64,000 nucleotides of DNA from an uncultured Gemmatimonadaceae bacterium (lineage in GTDB: Bacteria; Gemmatimonadota; Gemmatimonadetes; Gemmatimonadales; Gemmatimonadaceae). This document shows, one piece after another, positions 27,360 to 37,000 of the stretch (its first letter is position 1; each line of letters begins with the position of its first letter). The stretch spans positions 2,304,001 to 2,368,000 of the forward strand of contig CAVUDW010000002.1 of assembly GCA_963740355.1 (NCBI GenBank), written 5' to 3'. A model generated the notes under the pieces. It searched no databases, was not told the DNA's origin, and worked only from the letters and a program-made list of their open reading frames with translations. A program made the position numbers and the translations under genes.

Positions 27360-28025
27360 ATGCGTGTCGTGAGTCGGATGATGTTGGGTGGTGCGCTGCT
27401 GGCAGCGGTGTCGGGCGTGGCGGGCGCACAGGGCGCGCCCCCGACGACGGCGCCTGCAGCGGGCGTGTTGAAGGTGGCGTACCTGAACTCGAACCAGGTG
27501 CTGGAAGGCGCGCCGGGGCGTACCGAGGCGCTGGCGCAGTTCGAGAAGGAAACGCTCCCGATGCGCACGCAGATGCAGCGCATGCAGGATTCGCTGCAGT
27601 CGATCATCGGTGAGTACCAGAAGGCGGCACCACAGATGACGCCGGCCCAGCGGTCGCAGAAGGAAGCCTCGATCGGCGCCAAGCAGCAGGAATACCAGCA
27701 GCGCGCGCAGGAGATGCAGCAGGCCGCGCAGGCGCGCCAGGAAGAGCTGATGGCGCCGATCATGGAACAGGTGAACAAGGTGATCCAGGACGTGCGCGCC
27801 GAGGACGGGTATGCGTTCATCTTCGATGCCGGCGCGCAGGTGCCGTTCATCGTGTCGGCCGACAAGAACCTCGACATCACGTCACGCGTTCTCGATCGAC
27901 TGAAGTCGCTCGGTGCGCCAAAGCTGCCTGCGCCGACCGTCGTCGCTCCGGCAACGGCGGGTGCGGTAAAGCCGCCCGCAACCGGTCCGGTCGCAGCACC
28001 GGCCGGCGTGACGCGGAAGCCGTAA
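27360..28025 (+). CDS. skp: OmpH/Skp periplasmic chaperone
   Basis: KVAYLNSNQVL, Gln-rich coiled coil, DITSRVL; lies between bamA and lpxD. Confidence 0.9.
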   Translation: MRVVSRMMLGGALLAAVSGVAGAQGAPPTTAPAAGVLKVAYLNSNQVLEGAPGRTEALAQFEKETLPMRTQMQRMQDSLQSIIGEYQKAAPQMTPAQRSQKEASIGAKQQEYQQRAQEMQQAAQARQEELMAPIMEQVNKVIQDVRAEDGYAFIFDAGAQVPFIVSADKNLDITSRVLDRLKSLGAPKLPAPTVVAPATAGAVKPPATGPVAAPAGVTRKP

Positions 28026-28029
28026 TTCG

Positions 28030-29076
28030 GTGACAGCAGCAAGACCGGGCGCGAAATCGTCGGCTGCGCTCAGCGCAGCCGCGATTGCTGCGGCCGTCGG
28101 TGGCACGTTGGAAGGAAGTGGAGTGATCGAAGTGACGCGCGTCGCCGGGCTCGATTCGGCTGACGCGTCGTCACTTTCGTTTTACAGCTCGCGCAAGTAC
28201 GCCGACGAAGCGGCCGCCACCAGTGCCGGTGTGCTGTTCGTTACCGCCGACCTCGCAGCAAGCGTCGGACACGTCGCCGCGCGCATCATCGTCGAGAAGC
28301 CGCAGGAATCGATGCTGGCCGCGCTCAAGCTGCTCTACCCCGCGGCCCCCGTCGTCGGTGGCGTACATCCGACGGCCGTGCTCGGTGACGGCGTGCAGGT
28401 GTCGGCTGATGCGTCGATCGGTGCGCGAGTGGTGCTTGGGGATCGCGTCACGATCGGTCCGCGCACGCAACTGTACCCCGGAGTCACGCTCGGCGACGAC
28501 GTCAGCGTCGGTGCGGATTGCATCGTGTATCCGAACGTCACGGCATACGCACAGACGCAGATCGGTGATCGCGTCATCGTCCAGTCCGGCGTCGTCCTCG
28601 GCGGCGACGGGTTTGGCTATGTCTTTGGCGGTGGAGCGCATCAGAAGGTGCCGCACGTCGGTCGTTGCGTGCTCGAATCGGATGTCGAGATTGGTGCGAA
28701 TACCACGATCGACCGCGGAAGCGTTGGTGACACGGTGATCGGTGCCGGCACGAAGATCGACAACCTCGTGCAGATCGGGCATAACGTGCGCATGGGAAAG
28801 CTCTGTCTCGTGATGTCGCAGGTCGGCATTTCAGGGTCGACGCGCATCGGGAACGGCGTGATCATCGCCGGGCAGGCTGGTCTTGCTGGCCACATCACGA
28901 TCGGTGACGGTGCCCGCATCGCCGGGCAGTCCGGCGTGTTCGGCGACGTGCCACCAGGTGAAACGTGGAGCGGGTATCCCGCGCGCCCGCATCGGGAGTC
29001 GCTGCGAGCCCAGGCCGCAGTGCACCGGTTGCCGGCGCTGCTCAAGAAACTGGACACGTCGAAGGACACCGCGTGA
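28030..29076 (+). CDS. lpxD: UDP-3-O-acyl-glucosamine N-acyltransferase
   Basis: Hexapeptide repeats, GGDGFGY, EIGANTTIDRG, KIDNLVQIGHNV. Confidence 0.96.
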   Translation: MTAARPGAKSSAALSAAAIAAAVGGTLEGSGVIEVTRVAGLDSADASSLSFYSSRKYADEAAATSAGVLFVTADLAASVGHVAARIIVEKPQESMLAALKLLYPAAPVVGGVHPTAVLGDGVQVSADASIGARVVLGDRVTIGPRTQLYPGVTLGDDVSVGADCIVYPNVTAYAQTQIGDRVIVQSGVVLGGDGFGYVFGGGAHQKVPHVGRCVLESDVEIGANTTIDRGSVGDTVIGAGTKIDNLVQIGHNVRMGKLCLVMSQVGISGSTRIGNGVIIAGQAGLAGHITIGDGARIAGQSGVFGDVPPGETWSGYPARPHRESLRAQAAVHRLPALLKKLDTSKDTA

Positions 29077-30350
29077 GCGCAGTACGTCGCCAGACCGTGC
29101 GTCAGGCAGCAACAGTGGCCGGCATCGGGCTCCACCTGGGCAAGCCTGTCACGCTGCGGTTCGAGCCCGCCCCGCCGCACAGCGGCATCGTCTTCGTGCG
29201 TGGTGACCGTCCTGGCGCTGCGCCGGTGCCCGCGCATGCGAGTATCGCGGTACTCGCCGACCGCCGCACACAGCTGGGTGAAGGCGACGACGCGTTTCAT
29301 ACTGTCGAGCATGTACTTGCAGCGGTGGCAGCGCTGCAGGTCGACGACCTGCGGATCGTGATGGATGCGGCCGAACCCCCGGTGGCGGACGGCAGCTCGC
29401 GGGCGTTCATGGCAGCGCTTCGCGAGGCGGGGATCATCGAACACGGCGGGCCAGCGCGATACCTGACCGTCACCGAGCCGATTCGTGTCACGGACGGCGA
29501 GTCGGTCTACGAGGCCACGCCCGCGTCGCGGCTCGAGTTGGATGTCTCGATCAACTTTCCGCACCCCTTGATCGGCGAGCAGGCGATCGCGCTGACGGTC
29601 ACCGCCGAGGCGTTCGATCGCGACCTGGCCGGTGCCCGGACCTTCGGTTTCGTGCATGAGGTGGAAGCGCTCCGCGCCGCAGGCTTGATTCAGGGGGCGA
29701 GCACAGCCAATGCCGTGGTGCTCGATGCGGACGGGCTGGTCGAGACGACGTTGCGGTGGCCTGACGAATTTGTGCGTCACAAGGCGCTTGATTGTGTTGG
29801 TGACCTGGCGTTGGCCGGTGCCCGTGTTCGCGGGCACATCCGCGCTTTCCGACCGAGCCACAAGGGCACGGTCCTGTTCGTCCGCGAGCTGCTCCGGACA
29901 GCGAAGGAGGAGACGTCGGTGCTTGGAATCGAAGAGATCATGAAGGTCCTGCCGCATCGCTACCCGTTCCTGCTCGTGGATCGCATCCTCGAGCTCGAGG
30001 AAGGGAAGCGCGTTGTGGGACTGAAGAACGTCACGATCAACGAGCCGTTCTTTCAGGGCCACTTTCCGGGCCATCCGATCATGCCCGGCGTGCTGATCGT
30101 GGAAGCGATGGCACAGGTTGGTGGCATGCTGATGCTCGGCAGCATTCAGGAGCCGGACTCGAAGGTCGTGTATTTCACGAGTCTCGACAACGTGAAGTTC
30201 CGTCGCCCCGTGAAGCCTGGCGACCAGCTGCGATTCGAGCTCGACGTGGTGCAGGTCCGCGGGCCGCTCTGCAAGATGCACGGCGTGGCGCGGGTCGAGG
30301 GCGACGTGGTGTGCGAGGCCGACATGGCGGCCATGGTGCGCCCGCGATGA
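29073..30350 (+). CDS. lpxC-fabZ: Bifunctional LpxC-FabZ fusion
   Basis: [15 protein letters not shown] and [10 protein letters not shown] (LpxC), in frame with [11 protein letters not shown] and [20 protein letters not shown] (FabZ). Confidence 0.95.
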   Translation: MSAVRRQTVRQAATVAGIGLHLGKPVTLRFEPAPPHSGIVFVRGDRPGAAPVPAHASIAVLADRRTQLGEGDDAFHTVEHVLAAVAALQVDDLRIVMDAAEPPVADGSSRAFMAALREAGIIEHGGPARYLTVTEPIRVTDGESVYEATPASRLELDVSINFPHPLIGEQAIALTVTAEAFDRDLAGARTFGFVHEVEALRAAGLIQGASTANAVVLDADGLVETTLRWPDEFVRHKALDCVGDLALAGARVRGHIRAFRPSHKGTVLFVRELLRTAKEETSVLGIEEIMKVLPHRYPFLLVDRILELEEGKRVVGLKNVTINEPFFQGHFPGHPIMPGVLIVEAMAQVGGMLMLGSIQEPDSKVVYFTSLDNVKFRRPVKPGDQLRFELDVVQVRGPLCKMHGVARVEGDVVCEADMAAMVRPR

Positions 30351-31135
30351 CGACGCCGGTCACCAGTGGGATCCATCCGACGGCGATCATCTCGCCAACC
30401 GCCATCATTGGTGAGCGCGTCGAGATCGGTCCGTACGCCTACGTCGGCGATCAATGCGTCGTGGGTGACGGGTGTGTCATCGCCATGCGCGCGACGCTCG
30501 AGCGAAATGTCACGCTGGCCGCCGGTGTCAAGATCGGCATCGGGTCCGTGATTGGCGGCGACCCGCAGGATCTCAAGTACAAGGGCGAACATACCACCGT
30601 CGAGATTGGCGAGAACTCGGTCATTCGCGAGTACGCCACGATCAATCGAGGGACGACGCACTCGATGAAGACGACCGTGGGCAGCGGGTCGTTCCTGATG
30701 TCGTACGTGCACCTTGCACACGATTGCCAGGTGGGCAACGGCGTGATCATCGGTAACGGCACGCAGCTCGCCGGTCACGTCTCGATCGACGACCGAGCCA
30801 TCGTCTCGGGGTTGGTTGCCGTGCATCAGTTCGCGCGCATCGGTCGCCACTCGTTCGTCGGCGGTTGTTCGCGCGTGGCGAAGGACGTGCCGCCATACCT
30901 GAAAGCCGTCGGGAATCCGGTCAAGCTCTACGGGCTCAATTCTGTCGGGCTGCAGCGCAGCGGCTTCGACGAGTCGATCGTCCGCGAGCTGAAGCGCGCC
31001 TATCGTCTCGTCTTCCGCTCGGAGTTGAACGTGTCGCAGGCCATGACGCGCGCGCGGGCCGAGCTGCAGCCGTTGCCCGAGGTCACGGCCTTCCTCACGT
31101 TCATCGAAGAGAGTGAGCGAGGGATCGGCTTCTGA
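30347..31135 (+). CDS. lpxA: Acyl-ACP--UDP-N-acetylglucosamine O-acyltransferase
   Basis: IHPTAII, PQDLKYKGE, IREYATINRGT, HLAHDC, VHQF, GLNSVGL. Confidence 0.97.
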   Translation: MTTPVTSGIHPTAIISPTAIIGERVEIGPYAYVGDQCVVGDGCVIAMRATLERNVTLAAGVKIGIGSVIGGDPQDLKYKGEHTTVEIGENSVIREYATINRGTTHSMKTTVGSGSFLMSYVHLAHDCQVGNGVIIGNGTQLAGHVSIDDRAIVSGLVAVHQFARIGRHSFVGGCSRVAKDVPPYLKAVGNPVKLYGLNSVGLQRSGFDESIVRELKRAYRLVFRSELNVSQAMTRARAELQPLPEVTAFLTFIEESERGIGF

Positions 31136-32127
31136 ACACACGCATCGGTGTGGCCGGCGCCGGTGGGCTCGGATTCCACCACGTGCGAATCCTGCGCGAC
31201 ATGCCCGGGATTTCGTTCGCGGGATTTTATGATGCGAATCCTGAGCGCGCAGCGAAGGTCGCCGAGGAACTCGGCGTGGTGGCACATTCGTCGCTTGAGT
31301 CGCTGATCGCATCCAGCGATGCGGTGAGCTGCGTTGTGCCGACGACTGCGCACCACGCTGTGGGAATGGCGATCCTTGGCGCCGGCAAGCACCTCTTCGT
31401 GGAAAAGCCGATTGCGGTGACGCTCGAGGAAGCTGATGCGCTGCTCGACGCGGCGGCTGCGGCCGGTGTCGTGCTGCAGGTGGGGCATGTGGAGCGATTC
31501 AATCGTGCGGTGCGTGCCGCATGGCCGCATCTGGCCGATCCGCTGTTCGTCCAGAGTGATCGCCTCGCACCGTACACACCACGCGGCGCCGATGTGGCCG
31601 TGGTCCTGGATCTCATGATCCATGACATCGACCTCGTCGCCACGATCGTCGGCAGCCCGATGATCGAAGTCAGCGCCGTTGGCGTGCCGATCCTCACCGA
31701 CACGCTCGACATCGCCAACGCGCGACTCGAGTTTGCCAGCGGCGCCGTCGCGACGATCACCGCCAGCCGGGTGTCCCGGGAAAAGACGCGCAAGCTGCGC
31801 ATCTTCCAGCGCAGCGGTTACGTGTCGCTGGACCTCGGTACGGGCGCGGGGATGTTCTTCCGCATGCGATCCGACGTCGATCCGCGGGATCTCGCTGCGC
31901 AGGCCACATCGCTCGAGCAATTCGTGGAGCCGGTTCCGTTGTTCGCTCCAGAAGGGGAGCCGTTGCGCCTCGAACTGGACAGCTTCATCGCGGCAATCCG
32001 TGGTGAGGCACCGGTGGTCGTGACTGGCGCTGCCGGTCGTGAGGCGTTGTCGACTGCGCTGCGCATCGTCACCGACATCGATCGGCACGCCGCCCGATTG
32101 CGCGGTGGGGCGCTGAGGCCGGCGTGA
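31132..32127 (+). CDS. Gfo/Idh/MocA oxidoreductase (GnnA-like); probable CTG start
   Basis: RIGVAGAGGLG Rossmann motif, EKP, GHVERFN, DLMIHDID; lies between lpxA and lpxB. Confidence 0.85.
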   Translation: MNTRIGVAGAGGLGFHHVRILRDMPGISFAGFYDANPERAAKVAEELGVVAHSSLESLIASSDAVSCVVPTTAHHAVGMAILGAGKHLFVEKPIAVTLEEADALLDAAAAAGVVLQVGHVERFNRAVRAAWPHLADPLFVQSDRLAPYTPRGADVAVVLDLMIHDIDLVATIVGSPMIEVSAVGVPILTDTLDIANARLEFASGAVATITASRVSREKTRKLRIFQRSGYVSLDLGTGAGMFFRMRSDVDPRDLAAQATSLEQFVEPVPLFAPEGEPLRLELDSFIAAIRGEAPVVVTGAAGREALSTALRIVTDIDRHAARLRGGALRPA

Positions 32128-33242
32128 GTGCCGCGGAGGTCATGATCGTCGCGGGTGAACCCTCGGGCGACATGCATGCCGCCGCGATGGTGCAGTCACT
32201 CCGCGTGTTGCGACCTGACGTGCACCTCGTCGGCGTCGGTGGCGGCCGTCTCGCGGCGGAAGGCGTCGAACTACTCGAGCGTGCAGAACGCATCGCGGTC
32301 GTCGGCTTCGTCGAGGTGATCAAGCACCTGCCGATCCTCTCGCGCCTGATGAAGGCGCTCCGCCGGCGCCTGGACACCGGCCGCGTCAAGCTGGTGGTGT
32401 TGATCGACTATCCCGGCTTCAACATGCGCGTCGCGCGTGAGGCGTCCAAGCGCGGCATCCCCGTGCTCTACTACATCACGCCGCAGGTCTGGGCGTGGCA
32501 CAAGAGCCGTGTTGGCGCACTGCGCGAGACCGTCACCAAGGCCGCAGTCATCCTGCCATTCGAGGAGAAGCTGCTCCGCGACGCGGGCATCGATGCCACC
32601 TTCGTTGGTTCGCCGCTGATCGACGCCACGCAACACCTGCCGACACGCACAGAGGCGTGCAAGGCCCTTGGCCTCGATGCGTCACGCCCCGTGTTGTCGC
32701 TGTTTCCTGGAAGCCGCGCTGGCGAGATCGGTCGACACCTCGCCGACTTCGTGGCCACGGCACAGGAGATCCAGCGGCTGCGCCCGCAGGTTCAGGTGAT
32801 CGTGAGTGCACCGCCCAGTGTCACGATCGATCCCGGTGTCTGTCCCTTTCCTGTCGTGCGCGACGTATCGCACACGGTCTTCCGCGCTTCCACCGCCGCC
32901 ATGTGCAAAAGCGGCACGACCACGCTGGAGTCGGCTGTATGCGGTTGCCCGCTGGTGGTGGCCTACCGTACCAGCGCAATGACGTACGCCATCGCCAAGC
33001 GGCTCGTCACGTTGCCGAATATCGCGCTGGTGAACATCGTGGCGGAGCAGCGTGTTGCGCCAGAGTTCATCCAGCACGAGTTGCGCGCCGACATCGTGGC
33101 GCCGGCGCTCCTGCCGCTGCTCGACGAAACGTCTCCCGAGCGCGCGCGCATGATCGAGGCGCTGGCCGCGGTGCGCGTCAAGCTGGGGCATCCCGGCGCA
33201 GCGGTGCGAGTGGCAGCGATGGTCGACGGACTGCTCCCGTGA
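32124..33242 (+). CDS. lpxB: Lipid-A-disaccharide synthase
   Basis: AGEPSGD, IDYPGFN, PQVWAW, LPFE, PGSR, SGTTTLE. Confidence 0.96.
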   Translation: MSAAEVMIVAGEPSGDMHAAAMVQSLRVLRPDVHLVGVGGGRLAAEGVELLERAERIAVVGFVEVIKHLPILSRLMKALRRRLDTGRVKLVVLIDYPGFNMRVAREASKRGIPVLYYITPQVWAWHKSRVGALRETVTKAAVILPFEEKLLRDAGIDATFVGSPLIDATQHLPTRTEACKALGLDASRPVLSLFPGSRAGEIGRHLADFVATAQEIQRLRPQVQVIVSAPPSVTIDPGVCPFPVVRDVSHTVFRASTAAMCKSGTTTLESAVCGCPLVVAYRTSAMTYAIAKRLVTLPNIALVNIVAEQRVAPEFIQHELRADIVAPALLPLLDETSPERARMIEALAAVRVKLGHPGAAVRVAAMVDGLLP

Positions 33243-33913
33243 GCGAGGTCGCCGAGCTTCAAGGTGATGCGCGGTCGGTGTCGGACGCACGTCGCGCACG
33301 ATGGCTCTCGCTGTTCGGCTCGTGGATCATTCGTTTGCTCGGTGTGACCTGGCGGGTGCGCATGATCGACGCGGGGCCGATCGACCGGATTCGTCATGAT
33401 GGGCAGCCCGTCGCACTGCTGCTCTGGCATGGGCAGCTGCTGCCACTGTTGTATGTGATGCGGTTCCAGTCGATCGCGTGCTTGATCAGCACGCACAAGG
33501 ATGGGGAACTGATCGCCCAGGTCGCGCGACGACTCGGCTGCAAGTTGATTCGCGGCAGCTCATCACGCGGGGCTGATCGTGCACTGCTCGGTCTCGTGCG
33601 CACGTTGCGTGAAGGCTTCACCGTTGCGGTGACGCCAGATGGACCGCGCGGGCCGTACCGCACCTTCGCTCCCGGCGCGCTGGTCGCCGCGCACCGCGCT
33701 GGTGCTCCGGTGGTGGCGTTCGGCGTTCACGCGTCGCGCGCGTGGTACCTGTCGAGCTGGGATCGATTCATGATCCCGAAACCGTTTGCACGGCTGACGA
33801 TCGTGTTCGACGCACCGCACATGGTGCCGGGCGAGTCGTCACGCGACGCAGCGGACGCCGTGCCGCTCTTCGAGGAGCGGATGGCGTTGGTGGCGACTCG
33901 TGCCGCTGGCTGA
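33239..33913 (+). CDS. DUF374 / lysophospholipid acyltransferase family protein
   Basis: WHGQL, STHKDGE, RGSSSRG, TPDGPRGP, SWDRFMIPKPF. Confidence 0.88.
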   Translation: MSEVAELQGDARSVSDARRARWLSLFGSWIIRLLGVTWRVRMIDAGPIDRIRHDGQPVALLLWHGQLLPLLYVMRFQSIACLISTHKDGELIAQVARRLGCKLIRGSSSRGADRALLGLVRTLREGFTVAVTPDGPRGPYRTFAPGALVAAHRAGAPVVAFGVHASRAWYLSSWDRFMIPKPFARLTIVFDAPHMVPGESSRDAADAVPLFEERMALVATRAAG

Positions 33914-34946
33914 TCTCGCGGACTCGGTCTGGTATGGCGACGCAGCCGCGTCGCGTCTTGCACGCGCAGTGTTGTCGCCGCTGAGCGCGGCCTACGGCGC
34001 GGTGATCAGCACGATCAACCAGAAATACGATGCACGGCCGGCGCTACCTGGCACGATTCCGGCAATCTCGATCGGCAACATCACCGTTGGCGGAACGGGA
34101 AAGACTCCGGTCAGTGCATGGTTCGCGCGCCGCTTTCGCGAGGCTGGCGCGACGCCAGCTATTGTCATGCGCGGCTACGGTGATGACGAAGTGCTCGTGC
34201 ATCGGCTGCTCAATGCCGACGTGCCAGTGTACGCCAATCCCGATCGTCGCGCCGGTCTGGAACTGGCGGCACAGCAGGGGGCCGATCTGGCGATCCTCGA
34301 TGACGCATTTCAGCATCGCCGTGCATCCCGTGTCGCCGACGTCGTGCTCGTGAGCGCGGATCGCTGGACCGGCGACGTGAGATTGCTGCCGTCCGGCCCC
34401 TTTCGCGAGCCGCTTCGAAGCCTGGAGCGTGCGACGCTGGTTCTGGTGACCGTAAAGGCCGCGGCCGAGCCGCGTGTGCGTGCCGCCGAACGCGCAATTC
34501 GGGCCGTGACGAACTCGACTATGGTGACGGTGGATCTCACCCCAGCGTCATTCGTCGCCGTCGAATCGCAGCGCACTGAATCATTGGAAGCGTGGCGGGG
34601 CCGCCGGGTGCTTGCCGTGAGCGGCATCGGTGACCCAAACGCCTTTCACTCTCAGCTGGAACGGATCGGGCTGCTGCCGACGTCATTGTCTTTCGCCGAT
34701 CATCAGAGCTTCGACGCCATCAGCGTCGACCGTATCGTGAAGGCCGCCAATGGCTTGGACGCAGTCGTCTGCACCCTGAAGGACGCAGTGAAGCTCGGGC
34801 CACTATGGCCGGGCTCGTCGGTTCCCCTGTGGTATCTTTCCCAATTGGTCGTTCCGCGCGACGGCGCCGAGGCCCTGGACGAAGCCGTCCGGTCGGTGCT
34901 TGAGGCGCGACGGAGCAGCCACCCTTCTCCCGACCTTTCACGCTGA
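33900..34946 (+). CDS. lpxK: Tetraacyldisaccharide 4'-kinase
   Basis: GNITVGGTGKTP, RGYG, DDAFQH, LLPSGPFREP, FADH, TLKDAVK. Confidence 0.95.
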   Translation: MPLADLADSVWYGDAAASRLARAVLSPLSAAYGAVISTINQKYDARPALPGTIPAISIGNITVGGTGKTPVSAWFARRFREAGATPAIVMRGYGDDEVLVHRLLNADVPVYANPDRRAGLELAAQQGADLAILDDAFQHRRASRVADVVLVSADRWTGDVRLLPSGPFREPLRSLERATLVLVTVKAAAEPRVRAAERAIRAVTNSTMVTVDLTPASFVAVESQRTESLEAWRGRRVLAVSGIGDPNAFHSQLERIGLLPTSLSFADHQSFDAISVDRIVKAANGLDAVVCTLKDAVKLGPLWPGSSVPLWYLSQLVVPRDGAEALDEAVRSVLEARRSSHPSPDLSR

Positions 34947-34957
34947 CGAGCTGAGCT

Positions 34958-36265
34958 ATGGCGACCGATCTCCGGCTGCCGACCACCAATATCGTCCTTC
35001 CCGACAAGGACCGTTTCCTCGACGAGCACAATCCGTTCGAGGCCATGATGTCGCGCTTCGATCGCGCGGCCGAGTTGCTGGATCTCGATCCCGGCATCTA
35101 CAAGATCCTCCGCAACCCGGAAAAGCAGCTGATCGTCTCGATCCCGGTCCACATGGACAACGGCGATGTCGAGGTCTTCACCGGCTACCGCGTGCTCTAC
35201 AACACGTCGCGTGGACCCGCCAAGGGCGGCATTCGCTTCGACATGCAGGTCAACCTCGAAGAAGTGAAGGCGCTCGCGGCCTGGATGACGTGGAAATGCG
35301 CGGTGGTCAACCTGCCATTCGGCGGTGCCAAGGGCGGCGTGATCTGCGATCCGGGGAAGCTCAGCGTGGGTGAACTCGAGCGCCTGACGCGTCGCTACAC
35401 CTCGAACATCATCTCGTTGCTCGGACCGGACTCTGACGTGCCGGCGCCTGACGTGAACACGAATGAGCGCGTGATGGCATGGGTCATGGACACCTACTCC
35501 ATGCACATGCGGCACACGGCGTCGGCCGTGGTGACGGGCAAGCCCCTCGAACTGGGCGGGTCGGCCGGACGCAAGGAAGCCACTGGGCGTGGCTGCATGA
35601 TCGTCACGCGCGAGGCCCTCAAGGAACTGGGCATGCCGGTGCGCGGCACGACCGTCGCAGTGCAGGGCTTCGGCAATGTCGGATCCACCGCTGCCATGCT
35701 GCTCGAACGTGAAGGCTGCCGGATCACTGCCATCAGTGATCGCACTGGTGGTGTGCACAACCCGCAAGGCGTCGACATCGCCGCAGCGATCGAGTACGTG
35801 CGCCGCAATCGCGACCTCGACGGGTTTGCCGGCGGTGACCCGATCACCAACGACGAACTGCTCACGCTCGAAGTCGACGTGCTGCTGCCGGCGGCGATGG
35901 AGAATGTCATCACGTCGAAGAATGCACCGAAGCTGCAGGCGAAGATCATCTGCGAAGGTGCGAATGGTCCGACGACCGCCACCGCCGATGCAATCCTCGA
36001 GGAGAAGGGAATCTTCGTGGTGCCGGACATCCTGGCCAACGCTGGCGGTGTCACGGTGTCGTACTTCGAGTGGGTGCAGAACCGGGGTGGATACTACTGG
36101 ACCGAAGAGACGGTCAACTCGCGCCTCGAAGAAATCATGACACGGAGCTTCACCGACGTGCGGGCGTTGGCGCGTCAACACAAGGTGAGCATGCGAACCG
36201 CGGCCTACATGCTGTCGATCAGCCGCGTCAGCACGGTGCACAAGCTGCGCGGCATCTACGCCTGA
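34958..36265 (+). CDS. gdhA: Glu/Leu/Phe/Val dehydrogenase (glutamate dehydrogenase)
   Basis: [43 protein letters not shown]. Confidence 0.93.
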   Translation: MATDLRLPTTNIVLPDKDRFLDEHNPFEAMMSRFDRAAELLDLDPGIYKILRNPEKQLIVSIPVHMDNGDVEVFTGYRVLYNTSRGPAKGGIRFDMQVNLEEVKALAAWMTWKCAVVNLPFGGAKGGVICDPGKLSVGELERLTRRYTSNIISLLGPDSDVPAPDVNTNERVMAWVMDTYSMHMRHTASAVVTGKPLELGGSAGRKEATGRGCMIVTREALKELGMPVRGTTVAVQGFGNVGSTAAMLLEREGCRITAISDRTGGVHNPQGVDIAAAIEYVRRNRDLDGFAGGDPITNDELLTLEVDVLLPAAMENVITSKNAPKLQAKIICEGANGPTTATADAILEEKGIFVVPDILANAGGVTVSYFEWVQNRGGYYWTEETVNSRLEEIMTRSFTDVRALARQHKVSMRTAAYMLSISRVSTVHKLRGIYA

Positions 36266-36268
36266 TCG

Positions 36269-36733
36269 GTGGAACTCGCGCTGGCAGTCGTCGGTCGCGC
36301 GCACGACGCGGTACTGGGTGCCTCGATCGCCGAGTACGAGCGGCGTGCGGCGCGCTACTGGCCGCTGATCGTGCGCGAGGTGAAGGAGGCGGGCGGGCGC
36401 AGCATTGCGCCCGCCGTCACCCGCCGCCTCGAAGGGGAGCGATTGCTGGAAGCCTGCCTTGGACGGGGCGAGGTCGTGGCCTGCGACGAGCGAGGCTCCA
36501 GCATGACCAGCGCCGACTTTGCGACCTGGCTCGGTCGGCTGCGCGACACTGGTGGTGCGGTGACGTTCGTGGTTGGTGGCGCGTTCGGCCTCGATGAAGC
36601 GGTCCGTTCGCGCGCGACACGCCTGCTGGCCGTGGCGCCGTGGACGCTGCCACACGAGATGGCGCGCCTGGTGCTCACCGAACAGCTCTACCGAGCCGGT
36701 ACGATCCTCCGCAATGAACCCTATCACAAGTGA
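36269..36733 (+). CDS. rlmH: 23S rRNA m3Psi1915 methyltransferase
   Basis: DERG, FVVGGAFG, TLPHEMARLVLTEQLYRA, PYHK. Confidence 0.95.
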   Translation: MELALAVVGRAHDAVLGASIAEYERRAARYWPLIVREVKEAGGRSIAPAVTRRLEGERLLEACLGRGEVVACDERGSSMTSADFATWLGRLRDTGGAVTFVVGGAFGLDEAVRSRATRLLAVAPWTLPHEMARLVLTEQLYRAGTILRNEPYHK

Positions 36734-37000
36734 CCGGCGAGGCGAGCCGGCGCATGCCCGCGCCGCTGGTGGTGGGCGCTATCTTCGCTCAGCATCGTCT
36801 GTGGCGCGATTGTGCGTCCGGCGCGGTCTCGATGAAGTCTGGAGGTTCGACGTGAGCTTGCACGAACAGCTGATCGGCGACGGAATGAATGTGCGCACAT
36901 CGATCACTCGGCGCGGCGTTCGCCCTGCCATCGCTGGTGCGGACCGCCAACGGTTTGCACTAGGCGTGCACGCCGTTTCGCAGGCCGCCGGGATCTTCCG

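Noticed and set aside
34703..36727. Long minus-strand ORFs opposite housekeeping genes (674 aa here; also 28641-30281, 40408-41610, 44795-46000)
   Set aside because: Shadow frames of well-supported + strand genes.
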